Shown in pieces: positions 16,882 through 23,973 of a stretch of DNA of 64,000 nt. Source of the stretch: a virus; the IMG/VR virus record IMGVR_UViG_3300044904_000300, positions 1 to 64,000 of that record; one strand, 5' to 3'. The notes beneath the pieces are model-generated. The model was not told the DNA's origin. It ran no database searches and saw nothing but the letters and a program-made list of their open reading frames with translations. How positions within the stretch are numbered: the stretch's first letter is position 1; each line of letters starts with the position of its first letter. The position numbers were made by a program, and so were the translations under genes.

Positions 16882-17253
16882 ATGGAAGATACGAACTTCA
16901 TTCAGGTGGTGGACGATACCAAGAAGGAACCGGAGTCTGTATTGACTGTGACTCCTGGCGAGGGCACGGTGTTGCTTACTTCACCAAATGACGAGAAGAT
17001 GGTGTATGACATCATCGACACGGAGCACCCAGAAAACAACGCGGTGGTGGACCCTGATGCGATAAGCAAGCCGGTTGAAGTGACCCGTGAGGAAGCGTTC
17101 CAACGAGCAGCTCATGCAGCACGGATTCTGTTGGCGGAACGGATCAATAAGCGCCGGGAGAAAGAGAACCTCCGAGCGATGAAGGGACGAATCACCAAGC
17201 GCCGGAAGAAGAACACGCTGGAGAAAGCCAGCAGGAAGCGAAACCGAGGATAG
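16882..17253 (+). CDS. Hypothetical protein with basic C-terminus
   Basis: ATG 16882; C-terminus RITKRRKKNTLEKASRKRNR. Confidence 0.6.
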   Translation: MEDTNFIQVVDDTKKEPESVLTVTPGEGTVLLTSPNDEKMVYDIIDTEHPENNAVVDPDAISKPVEVTREEAFQRAAHAARILLAERINKRREKENLRAMKGRITKRRKKNTLEKASRKRNRG

Positions 17254-17254
17254 C

Positions 17255-17407
17255 ATGTTCCGTTGGCTGTGCGTATTCGGTTGGCACCGGTGGGTATCGT
17301 TCATTCCGCGTCATCGTATTTGCGAGCGCTGCTTTCGGGCTGAGCATTTGGTGTTCTACTCCGACCGCACACAAAGTTGGGTGAAAGACGACGAGCCGGT
17401 AAAGTAG
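17255..17407 (+). CDS. Small Cys/His peptide (DUF1660-like pattern)
   Basis: SD GAGGA; LCVFGWHRW...ICERC. Confidence 0.5.
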   Translation: MFRWLCVFGWHRWVSFIPRHRICERCFRAEHLVFYSDRTQSWVKDDEPVK

Positions 17408-17448
17408 TCGTATATATACCTAGTGCGCGGCAGGCGCTGCGAGGGTTT

Positions 17449-17525
17449 GGGCGAGTGACGTAACTGGCAAACGTGCGTGGCTTAGAACCACGATTTTAAG
17501 GGTTCGACTCCCTTGTCGCCCACCA
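17449..17525 (+). tRNA. tRNA-Leu(TAG), short variable loop
   Basis: CGTGG-CTTAGAA-CCACG; V-loop ATTTT; ACCA. Confidence 0.82.
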
Positions 17526-17535
17526 TTTTTAGAGT

Positions 17536-17609
17536 GCCGGATTCGATTATTGGTAGGTCCGCGGTTTTTCAGGCCGCCGAAGTCGGTTCGATCCCGACAT
17601 CCGGTACCA
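17536..17609 (+). tRNA. tRNA-Glu(TTC)
   Basis: GCGGT-TTTTCAG-GCCGC; GTCGG-TTCGATC-CCGAC; ACCA. Confidence 0.8.
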
Positions 17610-17619
17610 TATTTTTTAC

Positions 17620-17648
17620 TTGACATTCATCGCACGAAGAGCTATACT
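17620..17648 (+). promoter_or_regulatory. Sigma70-like promoter for the large ncRNA
   Basis: TTGACA-17 nt-TATACT. Confidence 0.8.
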
Positions 17649-17668
17649 GTATATCTCTTTGCGAGGAA

Positions 17669-18018
17669 TTTGACAACTGAATAATAGGACCCTGGCTGAA
17701 AACCTCGTTCTACGGGGGTAAGGCGACTCGCACAAGGGGGTGTGGGGGCACATATGGGGGCACCGAGGATAGCGTATCTGGCGGCCGTGCTAGATCAACC
17801 CTGATAGGGCACGGACAAGCGGGTAGTTAGCTGGTAGCTTATACTTTAAAGTATCAGTAGACGGCGGGCTTGAAGGTCAAATCCTTCCGTTATGCAGATC
17901 GTTTGGAACGTGCTTGCAAGCGTTTCAGACGGGAGTAACGTGGCGTAATACATTCAGAGTGCTTAAGAAAGTTTCGGGATCGATGTGGTTCCGAGGGTCC
18001 TATTATTCAGTTGTCGAA
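17669..18018 (+). ncRNA. Candidate large structured ncRNA (~350 nt)
   Basis: 24-bp terminal helix 17669-17692/17995-18018 with one G.U; no ORF of 60 aa or more inside; own promoter. Confidence 0.7.
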
Positions 18019-18024
18019 GAGGTT

Positions 18025-18124
18025 GGGAAACGAGCGGCACTAACGCTAAACGTCGGGTGTCCGTAGCGTTCGAGCGACACCTAGGCTGGTCCGGCTTGCC
18101 CGGAATGCAGCTTGCTCGTTTCCC
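18025..18124 (+). ncRNA. Pseudoknotted RNA element upstream of the vWA gene
   Basis: 11-bp closing stem plus crossing helices AACGCTA/TAGCGTT and GGTGTC/GACACC. Confidence 0.5.
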
Positions 18125-18147
18125 TACTTTCATTTCTGGAGAATCAC

Positions 18148-18849
18148 ATGAAGAATCTGATGGATATTACGTTCATCTTGGACCGTAGCGGAAGCATGTC
18201 GTCCATGAGGAACGACGTGATTGGTGGGTATGAGTCGTTCGTGAAGAAGCAGCGTGAGGAACGGGGAGATTGCGTGTTTTCTCTCGTTCAGTTTGACGAC
18301 CAGTATGAGACACCGTTTACCGCGGTGCCCATCCAGCATGTCAGCCCGAAGTTGGATTATTCCCCCCGCGGCAGCACGGCGCTTCGTGACGCGATTGGTC
18401 GGACGATCAACGCGGTTGGAGAACGTCTCCGCAGATTGAAAGAGCGGGATCGCCCGAGCAAGGTGATTATCGTAGTCATGACGGACGGGGAAGAAAACGC
18501 ATCGCACGAGTTCACTCAGCCGCAGATTAAGGACATGGTCAAGCACCAGTCCGACCAGTATCAGTGGGAATTCCTGTTCCTGGGTGCGAACATCGATTCG
18601 TTCCATGTTGCGGGAAGCTATGGTGTGCCGTCCTGGGCAACATCAAACTACACCTACACCAGTGGTGGACTCCGCGCGGTGTTTGATACTGTATCGTGTT
18701 ACGCATCGTCCGCACGAAATGGTGAGCAGTTCAACGGTACGTTGTCTGCTTGTCAGTTGAGCAACGAAGCGAAGCAGGATGCGAATAAGACGGGAACGTT
18801 TGTGTCGGGAACGCAGCCGTCAACGCCGACCGTGGCTTCGAAAATCTAA
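18148..18849 (+). CDS. von Willebrand factor A domain protein
   Basis: MIDAS motif ILDRSGSM, G.TAL.DAI, VVMTDGEEN.S; SD GGAG. Confidence 0.88.
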   Translation: MKNLMDITFILDRSGSMSSMRNDVIGGYESFVKKQREERGDCVFSLVQFDDQYETPFTAVPIQHVSPKLDYSPRGSTALRDAIGRTINAVGERLRRLKERDRPSKVIIVVMTDGEENASHEFTQPQIKDMVKHQSDQYQWEFLFLGANIDSFHVAGSYGVPSWATSNYTYTSGGLRAVFDTVSCYASSARNGEQFNGTLSACQLSNEAKQDANKTGTFVSGTQPSTPTVASKI

Positions 18850-18855
18850 GATTGT

Positions 18856-18930
18856 TGCAGGTTGGCCGAGCGATTAGGCAGCGTCCTCATAAGGCGTGCA
18901 AGATGGGTCTGACTCCCATACCTGCGACCA
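18856..18930 (+). tRNA. tRNA-Met/Ile2(CAT)
   Basis: GCGTC-CTCATAA-GGCGT; ACCA; T1.G72. Confidence 0.82.
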
Positions 18931-18937
18931 TCGTATT

Positions 18938-19316
18938 CGCGGGGGGGTGACGCGCATCTACACTACACGGGCCTGTATGCGCTAATATGACAGAGTGAAC
19001 CCGGGTTATTCTACGGAGTAGCGACGGGAAGTAAGTCTGTTGTTACCTCTTGCGAACCCAGGTTGTCAGCGGTACGCCGATAGCGGCCGCTACGCGCAAT
19101 AGCTTGAACCTTGAATGGTTCCCCTGATTGTTAGTTTGATGGTGGCCGGTAAAAGCTGGCGTATCCCAAACTATTGCCGCTGACAATTCAGTTTGCCGGA
19201 CAGAGCGAATAAGCATCCATCCTCTATGTGTGTTATTCTAGACACCAACCGCACACAACGATGTGAGTGATTTCCGCCTGGCACCCCATTAGCCTCCGCG
19301 TGAAGGGGTTTGCCGG
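18938..19316 (+). ncRNA. Candidate structured ncRNA between two CAT tRNAs
   Basis: Helices TTGTCAGCGG/CCGCTGACAA, TAGTTTG/CAAACTA, GCGCAT/ATGCGC and CGCGGGG/CTCCGCG; no credible ORF. Confidence 0.55.
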
Positions 19317-19327
19317 CATCTATTTTG

Positions 19328-19399
19328 ACCAGGGAATGCCAGTGCAATGTGAGTCTCATAAGCTCACTCTAGTAGGCGCAACTCCTACCCCTGGCACCA
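19328..19399 (+). tRNA. tRNA-Met/Ile2(CAT) with truncated D-arm
   Basis: TGAGT-CTCATAA-GCTCA; D-arm reduced to TGC-CAGT-GCA; A1.C72 mismatch; ACCA. Confidence 0.7.
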
Positions 19400-19439
19400 T
19401 TTCTACGTAGAATGCAGGGTCGCTCCCTGCAACCATTTC

Positions 19440-19517
19440 CCCTGCGTAGCCCAATTGGCAGCGGCGCGGAACTTAAAATCCCGTCCAGTGCTAGTTCGAA
19501 TCTAGCCGCAGGGACCA
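19440..19517 (+). tRNA. tRNA-Leu(TAA), short variable loop
   Basis: CCCTGCG/CGCAGGG acceptor; loop CTTAAAA; V-loop TCCAGT; ACCA. Confidence 0.82.
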
Positions 19518-19565
19518 TCCCCTACATACTATTAGAGACTCGTTATTTTCAAGAGGTAGAATAGT

Positions 19566-20456
19566 ATGTTAACAACGCTTTCGTCATTCTTTAGCAAGCC
19601 CATCGTTCACATCATCATGAGCTACTTGATCGTCCTGTGTATTGGTGCGGGACTTGGTGCCTGGAGTTACGCTCGTTGGGAGACACCTCCAACACCCGTT
19701 GTGCGGACCGTTGTGGACACAAAGTATGTTGAGGTTCCTGGTCCAGTCACGGTGAAGAACGTTCCGGTCCCGGTGCAAGACCAAACTCAGGCGAAGATTC
19801 TCTTGGCGCAGGCGGAGAAGGACAAGGCAACTATCTCCTCGTTGACAGAGACGATTGCAGAACTACATCGCATCACTGTTGCTCCACCGGAAACTAAGAC
19901 GGTCTATGTAACAACTCCTGGTGCACCAGAAGCACATTTCACGGACGGGCGCCTGACGTTTGATGCGGTCGGGCCAAAGACGCAGTATGCGCTTTCACAA
20001 AAGATGGAGTCGGAAGTCGCGGTCGGGAAAGATCGAAACGGACAGCAGGTCGTGTATTCCAAGCTCTTTGAAATTTGGCCAGGCGAGACACGCACACAAC
20101 TTACAAATACCAAGGTGGTAGTCGTATCCACAAGCCCCACGACGAAGGCTTGGTTTTTGGGTCCCTCGATTCAGGCGGGGTTTGGGTATGATGTCACGCT
20201 CGCAACAAGAACCGGAGCACTCGGTGGATTGGTGGGGGTCCAGTGGCTCAAACGCGGATACACCAAGGATGCAGAAGACTCCGTGTGGAGTGTCGCGACT
20301 CCCGTGGTCTTCATCGCATCTAAGACCATAAAGGTCGGAATTCTACCAGTCTCGGTAAACTTGGGAAGAATCCCGCACCAGCCGTTTAAAGACCTCTGGG
20401 TTTCTCCGTTGATTACGCTCCACAGCGCCGGCATAGCAATAACGGCAACATTTTAG
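19566..20456 (+). CDS. Membrane-anchored protein with coiled coil (inner-spanin-like candidate)
   Basis: SD GAGG; N-terminal TM helix followed by a heptad segment; function is inferred only. Confidence 0.6.
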   Translation: MLTTLSSFFSKPIVHIIMSYLIVLCIGAGLGAWSYARWETPPTPVVRTVVDTKYVEVPGPVTVKNVPVPVQDQTQAKILLAQAEKDKATISSLTETIAELHRITVAPPETKTVYVTTPGAPEAHFTDGRLTFDAVGPKTQYALSQKMESEVAVGKDRNGQQVVYSKLFEIWPGETRTQLTNTKVVVVSTSPTTKAWFLGPSIQAGFGYDVTLATRTGALGGLVGVQWLKRGYTKDAEDSVWSVATPVVFIASKTIKVGILPVSVNLGRIPHQPFKDLWVSPLITLHSAGIAITATF

Positions 20457-20495
20457 AGCTTGACACGGCAAACATTCCATGCTATACTATCTCTT

Positions 20496-20894
20496 ATGAA
20501 GATTGGGTTTACAGGGACCCGTGAAGGGATGTCCGCCGAACAGCGGCGAGCACTGGGTGTGGCGCTGTCTACATTCGCACACGAAATCACCGAGTTTCAT
20601 CATGGGGATTGCGTGGGCGCGGATGCGGAAGCGCACCACATTGCGGTGTATCACTTAGGGGTTGACCGAGTGTTCATTCATCCGCCTATAAATCCAAATC
20701 GTCGAGCGTTCTGCCAGTCGCCCAACATTCTGCCTCCCGAGGATTACCTCAAGCGGGATCTTGCGATTGTGCTGGCAACGGATCGATTGATTGCGTGTCC
20801 CAAAGCGGGCGATCCTGCTCCGCGGTCGGGAACGTGGTATACGGTACGGCGAGCGCAAGAGCGCGGAAAGCCCGTGCTGATTTTGAAAGCGTAG
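20496..20894 (+). CDS. SLOG/DprA-like small nucleotide-binding protein
   Basis: IGFTGTREG, FHHGDCVGAD, YLKRD..IV, SGTWYTVR.A; promoter TTGACA-17-TATACT at 20460-20488. Confidence 0.75.
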   Translation: MKIGFTGTREGMSAEQRRALGVALSTFAHEITEFHHGDCVGADAEAHHIAVYHLGVDRVFIHPPINPNRRAFCQSPNILPPEDYLKRDLAIVLATDRLIACPKAGDPAPRSGTWYTVRRAQERGKPVLILKA

Positions 20895-20903
20895 AGGGAC
20901 ATA

Positions 20904-21107
20904 ATGAAGGAAGCAGTCTATACGCCGCTAGTGCCGACAAGCATCGTGACGGGACAGAGCGGGAACGTGAAGGTCGTGTGCAAGTATTACGGGGGTCACG
21001 GACCTATGACGCACGACGAAGTGGTGAAACGCGCCATTTCACTCGACCCCGCGAAGCTCGAAAAGCCGCGGGAGCGCGTGTATTTCGTGGACGAGGACGA
21101 CAGATAA
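20904..21107 (+). CDS. Hypothetical protein
   Basis: SD GAGGGA; coupled to the next gene. Confidence 0.55.
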   Translation: MKEAVYTPLVPTSIVTGQSGNVKVVCKYYGGHGPMTHDEVVKRAISLDPAKLEKPRERVYFVDEDDR

Positions 21108-21301
21108 TGTGTTTCTTTGGGATTCACAAGTGGTCCAAGTGGACGGTGAGCAAGACTTACAAGATTTTCACCGTCAAGCGAATCATGGGGGTTACGTTGG
21201 AACCCCGCAGGGAAGTCGGCACGGGAGAAATTCAACGTCGGGAATGCGGCCGGTGCGGACAGTCCGAATACCGAGACGTATCGCAGACCATTCTTGACTA
21301 G
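21107..21301 (+). CDS. Small Cys/His protein (DUF1660-like pattern)
   Basis: TAATG overlap; MCFFGIHKWSKW...RRECGRCG. Confidence 0.6.
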   Translation: MCFFGIHKWSKWTVSKTYKIFTVKRIMGVTLEPRREVGTGEIQRRECGRCGQSEYRDVSQTILD

Positions 21302-21307
21302 CTTTAT

Positions 21308-21384
21308 CGGAGCGTGGTGCAACTGGCAGACGCGGCAAGCTCAAACCTTGTTTTCTAAGGGTTCGAATCCCTTCGCTCCGACCA
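21308..21384 (+). tRNA. tRNA-Leu(CAA), short variable loop
   Basis: CGGAGCG/CGCTCCG acceptor; GCAAG-CTCAAAC-CTTGT; V-loop TTTCT; ACCA. Confidence 0.82.
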
Positions 21385-21391
21385 ACTTTGT

Positions 21392-21453
21392 GGGCCTGTA
21401 GCCTCTGGAGAGGATTAGACTAGTAGTGGGTTCGAATCCCATCAGGTCCACCA
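21392..21453 (+). ncRNA. 62-nt tRNA-like RNA with Ala identity and no anticodon arm
   Basis: GGGCCTG/CAGGTCC acceptor (G3:U70), A73-CCA, intact T-arm GTGGG-TTCGAAT-CCCAT, single hairpin CCTCT/AGAGG. Confidence 0.7.
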
Positions 21454-21590
21454 TTATTTTACGGGGAGTCGGGTGTAAGATGACCGCCGCATCGTATGTG
21501 TTACTAGTGACCATACGTCGGACTTAATCTGAAAACAGCAGTCTATATATTGACCCCGATACAGACTATCCCCACCAGTTTTGAGGATGT

Positions 21591-21824
21591 ATGAGTCTTG
21601 ATAAAGCTATCGAACATGGGAAAGAGTTTCGGAAGCCGTATCGTAAAAGCAAAGCGTTTGACCGGTCGTGCCGTTGTGGTGGAAGCTGTCCTTGGTGTCG
21701 AGAAGATCGGCGTCTGCAGGACTTGAAGCTCCGCGCTCGGGTACCGGCGGACAAAGAGGATGTAGAAGAAACCCTTGAGGAACTTGATGAAGCCCGATGG
21801 GAGCGTTTCCTACAAGAAGACTGA
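21591..21824 (+). CDS. Conserved-looking phage hypothetical protein (Cys motif)
   Basis: SD GAGGA; MSLDKAIEHGKE.RKPYR.SKA.D.SCR..GSCPWC. Confidence 0.7.
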   Translation: MSLDKAIEHGKEFRKPYRKSKAFDRSCRCGGSCPWCREDRRLQDLKLRARVPADKEDVEETLEELDEARWERFLQED

Positions 21825-22225
21825 TGGGGTTCAAGCACATCAAGCGCCCAGAAGAGGTCTCAAAGTTCCAGCCTTCGCATGAGAACATGTTCGTCCTGCC
21901 GCCCCTGGTGACGCATGTGCGTCGAGATGACCAAGGGCGCGTGGTACTAGACGAATACCGCGATGAGGGCGGCGGATGGCACTCGATGTTTGTGTCAAGC
22001 GTCGTGCTTGTTACGGAACCGGAAGCGGAGTGGCGACGAGTCGTATGGGAACGAGCGAAGGTAACGGGATACGACGGTGATGTGTATTCGTTCTTTTGCC
22101 GCGACTCAAAGGAATCCCGAGACCATAACTTGGTGATGGAGCAGAATCAAACAGGCATTCGGTTCTCTTGGTTCGTCTGGAACAAAAAACGAGGCCCTGA
22201 GCCGCCTTCGGTTGATTGGATCTAG
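21824..22225 (+). CDS. Hypothetical protein
   Basis: TGATG overlap. Confidence 0.55.
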   Translation: MGFKHIKRPEEVSKFQPSHENMFVLPPLVTHVRRDDQGRVVLDEYRDEGGGWHSMFVSSVVLVTEPEAEWRRVVWERAKVTGYDGDVYSFFCRDSKESRDHNLVMEQNQTGIRFSWFVWNKKRGPEPPSVDWI

Positions 22226-22317
22226 GGAATAAAACTGCGGAGAATAGGGACTTTAACTCTTATATCTCGGACTCAAAATCGCTGATTTCCTGCTATAATA
22301 CATGCAGGAGGTCAGAG

Positions 22318-22503
22318 ATGACTAAACAGAATGTTACGACCGGACAGATTGTGTGGATGCTATTCAAAGCGCCGTTTTTGGGCGCGATGTTTTGCATCTT
22401 TCTCCCCGTCATCGGGATCGTGGTGACGACAGCCTTTGTGCTGGAGAAGTTGGTAGGGTTCGCAAGAAAAGTGGATAAGCATACGACAAAGCTAACGAGC
22501 TAA
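22318..22503 (+). CDS. Small membrane protein
   Basis: SD AGGAGG; hydrophobic core; upstream TGCTATAAT extended -10. Confidence 0.6.
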   Translation: MTKQNVTTGQIVWMLFKAPFLGAMFCIFLPVIGIVVTTAFVLEKLVGFARKVDKHTTKLTS

Positions 22504-22509
22504 GTTTGA

Positions 22510-22606
22510 GCCGCCGTGGTCCGAGTGGATGAAGGCTCCTGTCTTCTAAACAGGCATCGGTTTCCTAAACCGACAAACGCGGGTTCGAATCCCGCCGGCG
22601 GTTCCA
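22510..22606 (+). tRNA. tRNA-Arg with two anticodon stem-loops (TCT then CCT)
   Basis: GCCGCCG/CGGCGGT acceptor; CCTGT-CTTCTAA-ACAGG, CA, TCGGT-TTCCTAA-ACCGA; T-arm GCGGG-TTCGAAT-CCCGC; TCCA. Confidence 0.85.
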
Positions 22607-22609
22607 CAT

Positions 22610-22685
22610 GGGTCTATAGTATAATGGCTATTATAGCTGGCTTTTAACCAGACAGATGAGGGTTCAACTCCTTCTAGGCCCACCA
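22610..22685 (+). tRNA. tRNA-Lys(TTT)
   Basis: GGGTCTA/TAGGCCC acceptor; loop CTTTTAA; ACCA. Confidence 0.87.
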
Positions 22686-22690
22686 TTATT

Positions 22691-23125
22691 ATGAAGATAC
22701 CGATAGAGCTTTCACTCGCGATGTTCAAACATGCGGGCGTCTCGCGGGACGACTTGCATGAGGTGCTCTGCAACATGGCGCCCCGCTACCTGAAGGGTGA
22801 GTTCCGTAAGGAATGGCGCCCGCAGAATCCGACACGGAACTTCTGTTATGTGGTGTCGGAGTGGCTGATTTGTTATGTCGCACCTCCGGGGTCCTTCGCG
22901 TTTCGTGTTGAGGTCCCAGGCGAACACGCGAAGCATTACTTCGTGCGATGGACTGACGGCACTATTGTAGACTTGACCGCAGAGCAGTTTGATGCGTGGG
23001 AACTGGTCGATTACGCTAACGCCAAAAAGGCGTCATTCATGCACCCCAGTCCTTCGGCGAGAGCGCGAATGCTCGATTACATGATGGATACACAGGGGTT
23101 TGTGCGGAAGTTCGGTAAGGTATGA
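22691..23125 (+). CDS. Hypothetical protein
   Basis: Motif CYVVSE...H......G.IVDLTAEQF. Confidence 0.6.
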   Translation: MKIPIELSLAMFKHAGVSRDDLHEVLCNMAPRYLKGEFRKEWRPQNPTRNFCYVVSEWLICYVAPPGSFAFRVEVPGEHAKHYFVRWTDGTIVDLTAEQFDAWELVDYANAKKASFMHPSPSARARMLDYMMDTQGFVRKFGKV

Positions 23126-23304
23126 AGATCAAGCGATGCGTGGTGTGTCAGAAGGACATGCCTGACTATTGGCAGAAGATGGATGATGAGGAAGTCAAAA
23201 ACCTCGTCCGGGCGTTCGGGATTCGTCCTGTTTGTGTGGAGTGTCTTCGGGAAAATTGGATCGGGCAATTCAAACGAACAAAGTTTGCCGAAAATAGAAC
23301 TTGA
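23122..23304 (+). CDS. Small CxxC protein
   Basis: CVVC...CVEC; ATGA overlap. Confidence 0.55.
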   Translation: MKIKRCVVCQKDMPDYWQKMDDEEVKNLVRAFGIRPVCVECLRENWIGQFKRTKFAENRT

Positions 23305-23355
23305 CAAACGGCAAGGTTTGTGAGATAATGCTACTATCGTTGAAGGAGACGACAC

Positions 23356-23583
23356 ATGGAACTTGAAATGACGGATACCCCGGAAGTGACGGAAATTGCG
23401 GAAACCCCGATGGCTCGCGGAGCAAAGACCTCCAAGCAGGACCAGATGAGTCTGTCGGAGTGTGGCCAGTTCGACATGAAGAACCATGCGCGTGAAAACC
23501 TCACGGGCTGGGGCGTGATCTGCAAGGAACGGTGCGAGAATCGCAAGTCCAAGCGGGGCGAGGCTCGGAGAGCGCGGAAGTAA
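23356..23583 (+). CDS. Hypothetical protein
   Basis: SD AAGGAG; promoter TTGACA-17-GATAAT at 23302-23330. Confidence 0.6.
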   Translation: MELEMTDTPEVTEIAETPMARGAKTSKQDQMSLSECGQFDMKNHARENLTGWGVICKERCENRKSKRGEARRARK

Positions 23584-23584
23584 C

Positions 23585-23785
23585 ATGTTGAGCAAGATCA
23601 TGTGGTGGGGCTATCTCCACGAGAACGGCACGCCCCAATTGAAGCGTTGGTTCGGCGATGTGCGAGATTACACCGAGGATTGTGAGAACAACCCCTTCGT
23701 GCTGGAAGTGATTCAGCCTTTTGAAGCGGAGACTCGCGAAGAGGCCTGGGAGATTCTGGTGTCTCGGTTAGGACTTAAGAACTAG
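23585..23785 (+). CDS. Hypothetical protein
   Basis: WWGYLHENG..QLKRWFGD...Y..D motif. Confidence 0.65.
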   Translation: MLSKIMWWGYLHENGTPQLKRWFGDVRDYTEDCENNPFVLEVIQPFEAETREEAWEILVSRLGLKN

Positions 23786-23895
23786 AGTTTGTATCCACAC
23801 GGACAAGGCTTTTGGCCCAGAACTAATTCGTCGGCGGACAGTGGACGTTTTACGGTTACCTGGGATGGGCAGCGAGTGGTGATGGATACAATTTT

Positions 23896-23969
23896 GCGGG
23901 CGTAACATAAAAGTAATGCGCGGGCTTGCCAAGTCCGACAAGTGGGAGCGTTACCCATCGCCCGCTCCA
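23896..23969 (+). tRNA. tRNA-Gly(GCC), atypical T-loop AGCGTTA
   Basis: GCGGGCG/CGCCCGC acceptor; CGGGC-TTGCCAA-GTCCG; U73-CCA. Confidence 0.87.
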
Positions 23970-23973
23970 TTTT

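Noticed and set aside
18025-18124. Twister or HDV-like ribozyme identity for the pseudoknot
   Set aside because: GGTCC..GCCCGG..AATGCAG resembles twister, but the P2/T1/T2 pairings cannot be built, and the HDV P3/L3 element is missing. It is kept only as an unknown structure.
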